Of a stretch of DNA of 64,000 nt, positions 25,600 to 40,070 are shown piece after piece. Source of the DNA: Trichoplax adhaerens. Taxonomy: Eukaryota > Animalia > Placozoa. The position numbers were made by a program, and so were the translations under genes. The DNA lies in assembly GCF_000150275.1 (NCBI RefSeq), contig NW_002060948.1:3733183-3797182 (forward strand). Reading direction: 5' to 3'. How positions within the stretch are numbered: position 1 is the stretch's first letter; each line of letters begins with the position of its first letter. The notes under the pieces were generated by a model, which did no database searches, was not told the DNA's origin, and was given only the letters and a program-made list of their open reading frames with translations.

Positions 25600-27815
25600 G
25601 AAATGATTCAAGATCAGTTAGTATACCGTAAAATAGAATTAGAAAAAAATCCATCTGAAAATGGATTCAACCAGGCATACCACTACACAACAAGCTGCTA
25701 CTCCAATTAATTATTAAAAAAAAGAATACTTTCCTAATGAGTAATTTTTCATTTTTATTCTTTGATAATCAGTTCTATATACGTAAGGGATAATACTACT
25801 GTAAATACTAAAAAGTGAGCACTCAGAAGTCCTATCCTTATTTGTGGCGCTTTAGTCCATAGTCCAACACGGTACATGGCCATGACATTCTGTTGGATGC
25901 ATCTTTCTTTGGTATAATATAGAATAATTTAATATAATATAAAGAGTTCAAAGTCGGTTAGTATACCGTAAAATTACCGATCTCAAAATGGATTAAACAA
26001 GGCACAAATGCATGAGAAGCCCCTACTCGAATTAACTATTATTAAAAAAAATAGTAATTTCTAATGAGTAATTTTTTGGTTCATTTTATGTAGTCGGTTC
26101 TATATGCGCAAGGGATAATACTACTGCAAACACTAAAAAGTGAGCACTCGTAACTCCTGGATATCCCTGTGAGTAGTGCAATAGTCCATGGTACAATATT
26201 GTACTGTACAGTGTATATGGCCATAACTTTTCTGTTGGATGCATCTTTCTTTGGTAGAATAAATAATAATAATTCTAATTTTAATAGAAAGTGTTCAAAG
26301 TCAGTTAATATACCGTAACATAAAATTGAATTTGAAAAGTCGATCTCAAAATGGATTAAACAAGGCATCAATACGCGACAAGTCCCTACTCAAATTAATT
26401 TAAAAAAAAAAACAGTGATTTCCTAATGAATTATTTTACAAGGCATAAATACGCGAGAAGCTCCTACTCAAATTAGTTATTGAAAAAAATAGTAATTTCC
26501 TAACGAATCCCTTTTCATTTTTTTATTCATTTATAGTCAGTTCTATAAAATTAAACCATCGACAGGTGTATATGTAGTGCATTAGTCTGTGGTACAATAT
26601 TGTATATGGCCGTAACATTCTTTTGGATGCATCTTTCTTTGATATAATAAATAACAATTTTAATATAAAGGGTTCAAAGTCAACTAGTATACCATAAAAT
26701 AGGATTAAAAAAGTCTACCTGAAAATGGATTCAATTAGGAATCCTACACTACAAGTTACTACTCGAATTCATTATTAAGAAAAAAACCATCATTTCCTAA
26801 TGAATAATTTTTCATTCTTTATTCATTTATAGTCCGTTCTATATGCTTAAGGAATAATACTGTCAAGACTAAAAAGTGAGAGTAATCGCAAGTCGTATCC
26901 CTGTGTGTAGTGGATTAGTCCATGGCCATAACATTCTGTTCAATGCATCTTTCTTTGATATGCTCGTAATAAATAATAATTTAATATAAGCACACAAAAG
27001 TGAGCACTTCTAAGTCCTATCCATGGCTACACTGTGTCTAGTGCATTAATACAGTCATGGACCACTAGAAGAAGACTGGTTAGTAGGGCAGAGTCCTATT
27101 CTGTTCGACGCATCTTTCTTGGGTATAACAAATAATTTCATAGAATGGCTTCATAGTTAGTTAATTAATATACCGTAAAATAAAATTGAAAAAGTTGACC
27201 TAAATGGATTCAAGGGACAATTACTCAATGGGAGCCTATCTGTGATGCATCTCTTGGGTATAACAAATAATTTCATAGAATGGCTGCACAGTTAGTTAGT
27301 TGATATACCGTCAAATAAAATTGAAAGAAGTCGATCTGAAAATGGATTAAACAAGGGCACAAATAGCCGAGAAGCTCCTACTCTAATGAGATATTAAAAA
27401 ATAGTTTCCAATTGAATCCTTTTCATTTTTGTATGCGTAGCCATCGTACAGCACTACAATTCCATAATATTTTATTACTTTTGATGCATCTTTCCTTGCA
27501 ATTTCAAAGTCAACTTGCATACTGCAAAATAAATTGAATTCAAAATATCTGCCTGAAAATTGAATTTAGACAAGGCATGAATAATAATATAATAATATGG
27601 TCACAAGCCATAGAAATTTGACACAACAAGCTCTTATTCCAATTCATTAATGATACTTATTATATTCCCCCCCCCCCCCCCAAAAAAAAAATAAATTTAT
27701 ATCCAAATTCCTAATGAAGAATTTTCATTTTAAATGGTCGCCGGCGAGCACTTGTCATTGGCGGCAATACTACGTCTAGTGCAGTACTGCAGTGCCATAA
27801 TGTTCTGTTGGATAC
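25600..27815. repeat. Degenerate satellite, about 340-380-bp unit, about 6-7 full or partial copies, between divergent STX1 and USP48
   Basis: Core tataccgtaaaat...tctgaaaatggatt.aacaaggca...ctactc.aatt...cctaatga...ctaaaaagtgagcact...tggccataacattctgttggatgcatctttctt recurs near 25621, 25961, 26309, 26687, 27169, 27305 and 27519. Confidence 0.9.
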
Positions 27816-28081
27816 CTTAAATTTGTCTAGTGTAGTCGAGTAGAAGTTCCTATAGTGTATTCATACGAGCAAAATGATTGTCCCCCTTCGATTTCACACT
27901 GCAATTTCTGATACATGATAGTGGTATAGACTGCACAGTCGTTATAGTATAGTACAGTAGGTTAACAGTTAAGCCACAAGACACTGTATCATACGGACAT
28001 CATTAACAGTATTGCCCAGTGGCCACTGTGCCCTAGCAATTGCCAGCGTTTCCACCATCAATGTAGCTCCTAAAAATCAAA

Positions 28082-31000
28082 ATGAAAGGAAAGCAAACGC
28101 GTAGCAGTAACAAGTATAAAATTGATTGGGAATGGGCTAAAGAATCCACTGTACAGCAAATTAATCAAGAGCAAGTAGAAAAAGTTTATGGAGTTCATTT
28201 TAATTCCTGCAGCTTAACCAACGATAAGACTCATAGCAAGTAAGATATCCTTGTCATGCATTTTCAATGAATGAGAGTGATTGGGAAATGCCAACTCTTT
28301 CAGAATCAATCAATTTGATTCGTGCGATAAATTGCTTACTTATAATGCTATCGACTACATTTATGAATTTGCTTTAGAGATATGAGATTATAAATAATGA
28401 AACTTAGTATTGAATACAGCTACTTTTCAATTCATAGTGTGCAGTAATTCCAGTTGAATTTTACAACTACTTTTCTATCAAGTACAGATTGCAGTGGGGT
28501 ATGGTGCTTTGCACGATACAATCACTAGCAAAATAGGACTTGTCTGCTTCAATTAGGTCTATCTGCTAAATTATAGTCAGGATTACTACTACAAATGGCA
28601 TTCTACTGATAGTATATTTTTTTCAAAATGTATTTATAGCCTGTAGAATGAATTCTAAACAAGAGATCAGACGTAATGCACATTAGGAAAGCTACTAACC
28701 TCTATAGTAACAAAATTGACCACTTTTCACAATCTTACGTCAGCCATTGCTTCCAAAGCAGCGACATAACGGATACTTTAGCATACATAAGGCAATTGCT
28801 ACATCATCTGCATATTCACTGTTTTATATTGCACCATACGAGAGGAATCTTGATACAATACTTATACTTTAGCCATTTTTGGACTTGCTTAGACCGTAAT
28901 TGTATTGGGTAATCAATCTCCAGTTTGATTGCCATTTCTTGTTAGCGGTAGACATCCTGGAAAATATTCAAATTTCAGATATGGATCAACAATGATAGGA
29001 TTGTCGGATGATGGTTTAACATGCTCTAAAATCTGCAATCTATACAGTAATTAATTAAATAGCATAGATAACACTGTAAATGGGTATATAACTTTATTAT
29101 GATTCATGTTTTGAAACGCGTTAACCTATTACAAACAATTTAAGATCAAGTCTAAATAGGCATTCAAAATGAATTGAAAAATGCAAGCAGTCATCAATCA
29201 ATATGGAGGCACTTTAGATAGATGGCGTTTAATTAGCTAGGATGAGTTATTCTTTGTCATGTATTACTGCAATGGGATAAATTAAATGATAGGAAGCCAA
29301 TGAATAAATTCGTCAATGAATCTAGTTTAGCTAGGAATAATGTAATATTATCAAACGCCTATTCTTACTAATGACAACTTACTACCAAAAATTATAAAAT
29401 GATCCAATAGTGATCCGTAGGTCTACATTAGGCAATTATCTCCCAACATCAATGACTTAATACATTACTTTGCAGACTATATTATGATACGTAATACTAA
29501 TTAGTACTATACAAGTAGGAATATTTCATTTCTCATGTGATAAGCTTATTTTCAAATAACACATGTAAAATATAATACTGTGTATGTATGTCTAGATTTT
29601 ACAGCAAGAGGCCACGTTGCATGGCATGCTATAATAATCATATCGCTAACTATAAAAATCAATTTTACATGGTTAACATAACTTTCTGATTCGTTCATCT
29701 AGGAGTAATTGTCGCAGTAACCCAAATTGCCTAGTGCATTTAGGGGAAGCGAATTGGATATCCAATACTGAAGGTAAATTAACGAATTGAATGACGCTGC
29801 AATATAATTAAGAAGTAATGATACTACATTACAAACATTCCCCAAATCCTTAATCTTATCATAAAAAGAACAGTATCATGATATCATAAGATTAATACAC
29901 CTAAGAAATATTAAAAATGCAAACTATTGTACACAAACTATAGTAACATGCTTTTCTTTTCAAAAGTTGAGTCTGCTGTATACACGGAGGTCATTGAGAA
30001 TATTGTCAGGCAAGATGTAAGTGTTGGGTGTTTTATCATAGTTAGTTGCTTCTATACTAGCTAGTTCTGATTATAAATTTTTCTTGATATTATAATAGAA
30101 CCAATTTCTAGGACTGAGAAATCTTGGAGCTACCTGCTATGTTAACTCTTTACTACAGGTAGTAGCTTTACGTTATTCAAGGTATGCATTTCAAGTTAAT
30201 TCTTTCTTTTCGGTATATTGTACAGGTTTGGTTTTTCATCTCTGATTTTCGAAGCGCTATTTATAGCTACCGGAACGATTTTGTTCGGGATAAAGTAATA
30301 AAAGTGGATTTATTAACCGATAAAGGATTTAGTTTAATGGGTAAATGGCAACATACTTTAAAATTCTCACTGTAGGGTGCTTAAGTATCATTAGTAAACA
30401 CTCTACTTGCTAACTTATAACGTGTGTTATACATGTTTTTAGGGTTGGATGACAATGTTGATATAGAAAGCCATTATTATGAAAAAATTAATATAAGTAA
30501 AAAGATTAGTGACAGTATAAAATCATCTCAAGCTATCCATTCTAGCTCTCAGGGTCGACGAAGTCTGTTAAATAATTTATACGAAAGTGTACCTGAATTT
30601 GTTGGCAATCAAGAACAAATCCTGCCTGCACTAGCATCTATTTGTGATTACTTACAACTAATATTTGCATTTCTGCAATTTAGTAAGCGCCGGTAAGTTT
30701 CACTTATTCCTTATCTTTATTTACTAAATTAATGCTATCAGTTAGTTTGCTTTACCTTCACTGGTATGCAATATAACGAATAGTTCTTTATTTACCAGCT
30801 ATATTGATCCATCACCGTTAATAAAGTTCCTTGGTCTAGATACCAATCAGCAGCAGGTTTTACTAGAACTTAAATGTGAAGTTAAATGTATCTTATTAAC
30901 AGTAATTCTATGCTATGCATGTGTAATAATTTGCAATTCTCACTAGGATATCCAAGAATTTTGTCAATTAACCATGACACTTTTGGAGACAACACTTTCC

Positions 31001-34000
31001 TCTCAAGTGAGTTTTACATCAATCTTTTTACACAAATATTATAATGCGCTATAAAATGCTGCTATTAACTATTACCCTGATAATATTTTCATTTTGTAGC
31101 TTGATACAAAAGTACAAAGCACTATTGGGACATTATTTCAAGGAAGATATTCGTATATCACAAAGTCCTGCATCCCAATTTATATAACTATTTAGCAGAT
31201 TATTAATAACGTAGAAAAAATACCTAGATTAAAACTGAAATATTAAATAACTTAATGTATTATTTATTATGTGAAGGTGTGACAGTTGCAAGTTTATCTC
31301 GGAAAGGAATGCTACCTTTTATGAACTAGATTTGACGGTAGCAGGGCACAGTACGTTAGAAAAGAGCTTCGATGACTTCTTCAAAGTATGAGGTTTTTCC
31401 TTCTGATATTTCAATGTTATTACCATATACGCTTTAGTTGACTACAGTATTTGAAAAATTAAGATCTAGGCTTAGCGATAACACATGCGGTCATTCTTAT
31501 TGCGATATTACCATTCTATTGCAGAAGGAAAAGTTAAATGGACCTAATCAGTACTACTGCGAGGTGTGTCAGAGTAAGCGTGATGCTTCTCGATGGATTG
31601 GAGTAGATTCGCTTCCGCCAGTTTTAAATATTCAGCTACTTAGATTTATTTATGATAGGTATTACCCAACTAATTTATCTTTCTTACCTACCATTTTATT
31701 ACATTTTGCTAAACATACAATTGTAATATTTAACATTGATATAGGAATACCGGCCAAAAGAAAAAGCTTAAATCTATATTACATTTTCCAGAAGTACTCG
31801 ATATGACCAAGTATATAAGACATGCACCAACAGATACTTCTTTCATATATGACATAAAGGCTGTTCTTATACATCGCGGCGCTGGTACCCAATCCGGTCA
31901 TTACTTTACACATATAAAAGAAGACGAGGTTACTCACAGCTTTTCTATGATATACAGTTTTGCTAAAATTATTTTGTATAACTCACCTCTATAATATTAC
32001 AGTCGAAATCTTGGTATGTGTTTAACGATGAGGCGGTATATCAGTTAAGTGGGAAAAAATTACAGATAGATGAAGATTCAATGGAATCTGATGATCTAAG
32101 TCAATCGAGTAAAAATCCTAAACCGGTTAAAGGTATTGCTTTAATAATGATGATGTTGCATGGACAAATTATTGTAAGGCATTTTTCATTAAGCTAACAT
32201 TCTTATTTTTAGCTGGTTATCACGCATCTCGCAGCGCCTACATGTTGGTGTATACGCGACGCTCTAGTATAGGAGAATATTCTAGCGATTTAAAAGAGAA
32301 CGTGATTTTGCCCAGAAGTATTGTTAAAATCATCAGTGAAGATAACGTGTCCATTAAGAACTGGATCAATGCAGTTACTGAACAAATGGTTAGATTTTTA
32401 AAGTTGTGTCGCTAGTATTTCTAAAATCTATCATTGTTTTCAGCTTATAAAACTTCAGACTGTCTATATCTGTGTATCTCAGACAAAGAGTGAAATCAGT
32501 CAAACTAATACAATTCATGCAAATCTTGCTAATCTAGTTTAGATCTTACATTGTCATTTTGGCATCAGAGGACAATTGGAGTGATATGAGTTTCATTTTT
32601 TAATGCGCAATGTATTACTTTTTTGAATACAGCTAAGCCATACAGCTGCGATAAGCAATAGAGCGCAAGAGATAAATCGAATTTATCCTTCTCTGTCAGC
32701 TGATACAGGTACTAATATTTGATTTATAGGATCTTTCTTATTACTAATAACTCCTAATATATCAATGTTTAATTTCAATATTTGTTTAGATCAAACTTAC
32801 GAATGGATTCCAACTGAATGGCTTTTAGAATGGCTGCGTAAACAAGATTTTAATTCTCCTATTGATAATAAGACAGTTTTGTGTAATCATAAGAAGTAGG
32901 AATTATCATTAAATTTTAAGATATTATGCTGTGGTATTGCTAAATTTAAACTTAACAGGTACTGTCGTTTATTAGATTATCACCCGATTCTGTTTCTATG
33001 GTTAAGAGAATCAACCAAATATATGTATGTATTTACGATATGTATAGCTCACAACTTATACTCAGAGCTATTTTAAAAATAGTAATTAATTTTTAATTAA
33101 TTGTAGGCAAATGAATTATACAAGTTATATGGTGGAGGCCCCCGTCTAACTAGGTGATGAGTTACTGTTAAATATTGTAGTATCACTAAATATAAATCGA
33201 GTTTTTAATTGATACAGGGAAGATATGTGTAAACAATGTGTGGAGGAAAAATATCGAAGAATTCAATTTGATACAAGATTGAATAATGATTGGAAATTTA
33301 TTAAATCTACCATAACCAAAACGTTACCAACTGGGTATTATAGTATATCTGTTTCGAAAAACTAATAGAAATTGCTTTGTTTTCGCTTCCATAGTTTTAT
33401 ACTTATTAAATTTGTTTAATTATGTAGACAAACCGAATTTTGGATTGGCAAAGTATCTCTTAGAAATTGGAAAGGTTTAACTATTAAGAAATTCGAGAAG
33501 GATATCAGTGAATCTTCATTAAAAACGACCACGGTAATTGGCTATCAATTTGTTATTAAAGCACATTATTGAGAATTACTATCCATTTAATCTGCAATTG
33601 TGTTCTTGCAAATATATATCATAGGAAAATTCGGAACCGGCCAAGGAAGATGCCGAAAGTGATGCTAACCTAGCAGCAGATAGTGCTACTTATGATGATG
33701 AATTTGAATTTAATCAAGATCTACTATGTGAAGAACATGGTATTTCTATAGCTAGTCGTTACTTTGTAAAAATTTCGGTTTTAAGATTGTTTCACCAATT
33801 AAACGATAATTTTTTAGGTAATTTAACCGCAGAGGAATCGAATCGACAGATAGTTAGTGAAGTAGTCTGGCTCATGTTAAAATATTACTTTCCTGAAGCA
33901 GCTAGCTATCCAGTGGGAACACCCATTTGTCACCTTTGCGAAGTAACAAATTAGTTTTTTAATTATAACGATTAGTCAATAGGAGATTATAACTTTGATG

Positions 34001-35974
34001 AAGTGATTAGAATATATCTTAGGTTAAGCTAAATTTGAACTATCCTACTAGGAAATCGCAAAAGCTAGAGTAGAAGATGAAGAAACTTTAAGATTGTATG
34101 CTGCTACTGAAAAGAAGATTCTAAGTAAAATATATAGTAACAAATCTAGACCGTCAATTGAGGATGAGGTTCGTTATTGGTATTAAAATTTTTCCTTTAA
34201 ATGAATAAATTTATATTGCATATACCGCGTTTGAATATACATGAACAGTTAAAACTTTGAATTAAAATTGCTTAAAAACCGATAAAAGTAGGGTTCTATT
34301 GTATCAATAGGGAGAGTTTTACGTTATACCTTTAAGTTTCGTAAGAAAATGGCGTAACTTTATAAGGTACCTGATTAGTGCGGCTCAATTTATAGGCTAA
34401 ACTATGGATATATTTTATTAGTAGTTTAATAGGCTAAAAGTAATTCCTGATGTGAAGGTCATATTTTCAATTGTAGGCAACCAATAGTAAAGTGTCGTCC
34501 TAAGCAAATTAATCTATCTGAAATTCTTTGCGAACACAATAAACTTCCGTTCGATCCTTTGATGGATCTCGATGGAGATAAAATGTGATTTTATTTGCCC
34601 TTTGTTAATGTATGCTGTCATTTGGGTTACTCTTGCATCGCATTCATAAATTTCTTCATCATTTGTTATTCCGGTTTGATGATTTAGTTACGTTAATGTG
34701 ACTACAGAAGAATGGGTTAATCTGCTTAATTTTTATGGAACTACAAGTGAAACTTGTAAAGAAATTAAGATCACGGTTAAAGATAGATTATGTGAATGTT
34801 TTCCGCCATGTTGCCAAATCTGTATTGATAGCTTAATAGAAAGAAGAGCAACAGAGATTAAAACGTACAGAAACGCCAGAATTTACATCAGTAAGGAGAA
34901 TCCAGATGATGAAAAGTGTATCGGTCCTTCTCATGATGAATGCGAGGTACGCATTTGAACTTACTGATCTAAATTTACCGAAATTTTAATGATTTTTTTC
35001 TTACTGTAGATGTATTAGCGTAGTATTTTAATTGGATACATATAACTAGCTATCTTTGATTTGATCATTTGAAAAAGCACCCTTATCTCCTATTTGTTGT
35101 CAAATAAATTAAAATTTTATAATTATTTAGAATATTCAAAAAGAATCTCGTAAACGTAGCATTACGACAATTTCTCCGTTGAGGCGTAGTAAACGGTGAG
35201 TTCTCGTAAATGGGTTGTTGGTATTGTAATCTTTACACCAGCGTTTACAAAAGTTGGATATTGAACTGGTGTCCATGGCTCTTCTTGATTTTAATACATT
35301 ATAGATGTCGCCCCGGTGAAGTTGCAGTTACAATTTCATCTGATGAAACTTTACGCGATCTAAAGTTGAAGGTATGGTGAATAGATTTTTACTGGCACGT
35401 ATTTATATTTATCTATTTATTGGTCAATCTATGGCTTACTATACGATTATTTAGGTTATGACTGAATTTCAAGTTGCACCCTTTGATCAACACCTTCATT
35501 TGAATGGTTGCGAACTATTTGATAATGACCGTACGTTGGGAAATTCAGGAATCTTACCCGATTGTCGTCTGACGTTGAAAGTACTGTATTTTAACTCTTT
35601 TCGTTTAATTTTAGCTATCGGATCTAGCATTTATTGTCATATATTCATATAATTTGTTTACTTTAACAGATAGATTTGCCTGTAGAAATAACTGAAGAAC
35701 CCCGAGGTAAGATGAAGTATCGTAGCTTTTAATTTTTTATTAGATATGATATAAACTTCATATTTAGGGCAACTTAACGGTTAAAATATTTCTATTAAAT
35801 TTGTAATAGAACCTGAAGCTGGATTTATGGGTATTACAAACATCGAATTCTCATAATATTTTGATTTCATGAATGTTTACGTCTTTCATGGGGATTATTT
35901 GCTAATAATTTCAAATTTTCTTTTAAATTTGTGTTACGGTTTTAGGTACAGGCCTTGTGAGTTTTTCAAGTTAA
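28082..35974 (+). CDS. USP48: Ubiquitin carboxyl-terminal hydrolase 48 (USP domain, DUSP region, C-terminal UBL), about 30 exons
   Basis: Exon 1 at 28082-28239 (WEWAKESTVQQINQEQVEKVY) and exon 2 at 29703 (NCRSNPNCLVHLGE). Cys box GLRNLGATCYVNSLLQ at about 30111, His box HRGAGTQSGHY at about 31872, then FNDE and SRSAYMLVY. UBL segment VAPFDQHL. The protein ends EPEAGFMGTGLVSFSS with TAA at 35972-35974. Confidence 0.95.
28700..28950 (-). mobile_element. LINE reverse-transcriptase remnant in USP48 intron 1
   Basis: Minus strand EYADDVAI (28794-28817) followed by CEKWSIL (about 28705-28725, WCxxWxxxLN-like). Confidence 0.55.
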
Positions 35975-36871
35975 GCAAGTCTTCGATCTGAACTTGTGAC
36001 AAAATTGATGTATTTATAACTGTTACATATAAATAACCCAAGAAAATTTCGGTGTAAAGGCCAACAAGGACAGATAGCTAGACTATTCATGTATATTTCG
36101 ATTGATGATTGAGCTTTTAGAATATCGATTACGATAAACTCTATCATGTTGTGTTGATGTGCATAGTTTTATTTGCTTTGATATTTGTATAATAGTAAAT
36201 ACGTATGTGTATTTCACGTTTTGGCCAATAATGTTGAATATGATATAGGTACGAACGTTTAATAATTCAAAAATAATTGAGCGTAACAAAGTTTTTTTGC
36301 TGTGACAGTCAGCATTAACTGTCACTAGATGATAACGATTACGGTCCCTATACTGTGTAAATATATACAGTAATGATAACAAATGTATTATAGTCAAAAC
36401 TAATAATGATTATCAGCGTATGACTGATACTTTATTAATTTCCTATAAATATCAAAATCCTAGCTTATTTGCTGGGCAGTGTATCATGAATGTATTTCTA
36501 AAGTATTTTATCATGAAAGTTTAATGTACTGTGTATCGCGGTCCATTCAATGACGGTAACAATAGTACTAATAGTTGTACGCAACTTCAATAGCTGGATT
36601 TCAATTGATGATTGAAGATCATGTATGATCAATAAAGAGGTATAACTTTGGTAGACATCTTGAGAATGAGCATCAATTAATAGTCAGTACAGTAGTATAG
36701 GGAATAAGAAAGATTCTATTTATTACAAGAAAACATTTCAGAACAATAACATGATAACCAGTATGACAGCAACGGCCGTAAGTACGATACACTACAGTAG
36801 AATACAGGTAGTATTAACAACATTTTTAAGATCAAACCTTTTCGTGTAATAGTTATAATAATTAATTAAGA

Positions 36872-39800
36872 TTATCCGTCATAAAAAGTTGGTAATTTAT
36901 CGCCAGAAATGATTGTTCGATTTATTCCATCTTTATCAATGGAAGCTAAGCGAATCACGCCACCTGAAGATCCGTCCCGAGACATTGCCAGAGCAACAGC
37001 TATAAATTACCAATTGAAAATAGTTAGATATTTATATAGATTTTGGAATTTGATAACAGTAACTAACGAACCTTGTTTTACAAAATCCAAGCATTCGTTT
37101 TTGCTCATATTAGGCTTATAGTGGGCATCACAATATCCGTAGATGTAAGTACTACCAGAACCTTATCAACAAAATATACGAGTAAGTACACAATCGCATA
37201 TTACTTATCAAATATGGTTTGCATACTTTGACTCAAAGTATGCTACAACTCATTGATTTCAGATCAATTTCACTATTTTGGCTTAAGGTTATTTTGAGTA
37301 CTTACCACCAATAGTAAATGGCCGACGTACGCACATGCCACCAAGAGGAATAACGTAAACCTAATCATGTATCATAATATATTTAGAGTGACTGTATTTA
37401 GATCTTAAGTAACTGTTACTTCACATCGTAGTATACTAAGTGCATATAGTTTATAAAATTTACCTGGCCACCCTTGAAGCAATCCCAACCAGCACAAATA
37501 ATTCCTGCTACCATGCTGTCTCTATATCTGTAACACATGTCGCGGAATATACTCGACGCAGTTTCAACTAGGGGTTCTTCATCTAGTTCCATCCTTTGGT
37601 TAAGGATTACAAAATAGCAATTAGTTCAATTTTTAATCTTAAGGGGTGGTTTAAGACATTCAAAATCTACTTACTTGTGAAAGTTTAGGCTGTAGGCAAC
37701 AATATCTGCAATTGCTTGCGTATCAGCAGCGGAACCGGATCGACAGCAGTAAATACTATCACTAATCCGCGTTAACTTGTCTGTTACCCGATTAACAACA
37801 TAGGATCTAATCGATTGATTGGTTTCAATATTACCGCAGTTAATTTCAAGCACTAGAATAGAAATTCTGACACCAGGGTCAATACTTTCAATTTCTTTAT
37901 CCTTACCCAGACGTTGTTCGAGAATCCGCACCAATTACTACGCCACCGTCGTATTCAACTGCCATAATTGTTGTCTATTAGTTGATTTAGCATAGGATAA
38001 ATAGAATTGATATCATCAGCGATCAAATTCAATATTGCTAATAAATGATCATACGCGTAATTATTTTTACTTTATATCATTGCTGTAAGACAATACAACT
38101 ACGATTGTAGAAGTTATCTATAGCGGTGGCTATAACATGTAGAACTTCAAACAGTCATGAGCGAAATTAGCAGACAAGGGTTATGTAGCAAATGTCAAAT
38201 TATGAGACACTTGTAGCACATCAGTGAACGGATTTGTTTTCAATTGTATCCATATTTTCCGTGTGTGAATTATACGTTAGTGAGCATATTATGGAATAAA
38301 GCATGCCATTATAGGATTGACGTGATGTAACACCGAAATCTGTAGTGACGATGGTAAAACTGTAACTTCTGTGGATGCTGCTTCTCGTAGAATAATTAAG
38401 TTATTTGATATTTTCTATGGATTATCCTATACCGTGAGTATTTCGTATTTACTGTTCAGCCTGGAGTACACGAGTAAATAGGATTACGTTATTGCACGTA
38501 GGGGGGATTTTAGTGATTGCGCCTGTAAAAAGACTACAGTATATAGGACAAAATCAGCACTGATTGTTTGAGTTAATTACACTATACGAAGATCTTTAGG
38601 TCACCTACTACATCAGTAGAAATCGACCACTCTTTTATAGAATTAGTATACGATATGTCCTCGAGTCTACACTGGAAGAAAGTATATGTAAGCGTTTATC
38701 CACTTTGGTAGTGTATCAACATTATAGATGAAGGGCCACATAGAAGCTTTTGGTTGATGCTGCTTCTAATTCCCGTCATAATATGAAGTGGCTATGATGT
38801 CCATCTTAAACACCAAGTAGCTTCCTAGGTATTGGGATAATTCTATAATACGTGTCGTTGAGCTATGCAAAGATTGTAGGGTAGTAGTATAGACGCGTCT
38901 GGAATTCAAAGTACTAGACGCGATGTAAGTCTGACTACTAGCTACAATAAATTATACAAAGAAGAGCCAGCTTTGACATATCGAGAACAGCGTCATGGAC
39001 GCTAGTCTAAGCTAGTTCTGGTAAAGTCTTGCATGTATAACTCATCACATAATAATCGATCGACGTCTAGCAATGTGAGTAGTGTAGTCGTGGTAAGTCA
39101 ACATTGATTGATGATGGTCATACTGTAGAAAGATTGTAGATTTATGATTAGACATACTGATTGAAGTCATTCTATAACTGTTCAGCGATGCAGTAGTCTC
39201 TATATGTAGAAGTCAAGTGGCAGAACTAGAGTAACTGACCGTTCTACTTCGGATTAGAGTAATTATTCCCATTTTAATATACGATGTTGGCACGTTACAC
39301 ATTTATCCGATCATTGCCTACCTGGAGATCCTTTCATGCGTGTATTTCAAATCCATGATATTGTTCACTATAGTCTACACTATCACTCTTTCAATATGGA
39401 CAATTGTTGAGTATCAGTTTTAAAACAACCATTAGAGGAAAGTATCCTATAGAATAGGGCTTATTGATTCACTGTTACTGCATAAGAGAGATTTTTTGAT
39501 GCACTGTGTGCCATCCCTAGTCAGTCTGATGTAGCACTATCGCTTTAGCTGGTGATTGAAAATGTTGTTGGTAAAGAGCAGCGTCATAGTGACGTGAGTC
39601 CGAGTACTGGGAAATAATTATTGCACCAATCTTGGACGTGCCACTCATGGATATGGAACGAATAACATAGTCATCGATCGATGTATGGCTAAGTAAATAG
39701 TCCTGAATGACTGATGATGTATATAACCTTGCTGTTTGAACATTATGATCCACTACAGAAGATATCCATTTATCCATCGCAACGAGTGGAAAGGATAAAA

Positions 39801-39992
39801 GAAACTACAAAGACTAATGGATCGCTATAGAGATAGACTACCGTAGTACTTTTTTTGAACTCTACTGTATCCACATCAGACGAATACAAGCTGCAATGGA
39901 CTTACCCCAGTCATCACTTCAGAATTCAGCCAATCTGGCGAGCTATCGCTAAAGGCAGTATCATTACTATTGGTTATTAAATTAACGGCCAT
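36872..39992 (-). CDS. PSMB6: 20S proteasome subunit beta-1 (beta type-6), with propeptide
   Basis: Exon 1 at 39906-39992 encodes the propeptide ending EVMTG. After a 1.9-kb intron, exon 2 starts at catalytic Thr1: [23 protein letters not shown]. Later exons give [37 protein letters not shown] and [10 protein letters not shown], ending LPTFYDG* at 36872. Confidence 0.96.
38630..38850 (-). mobile_element. pogo/Fot1-like (DDE_1) transposase remnant in PSMB6 intron 1
   Basis: Minus strand PRKLLGV*DGHHSH (about 38787-38830), similar to RLLILDGHxSH. It is followed by a frameshifted LP...HIL.P.D stretch (about 38665-38715, LPxHTTHxLQPLD-like). Confidence 0.55.
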
Positions 39993-40070
39993 CTTCGAAG
40001 GCTATTTACTCCTTAACTGTAGTCCAAGTTGCAAAAAATAGTCAGCGCTTTGCCTGGGAAGGAAAGGAAA

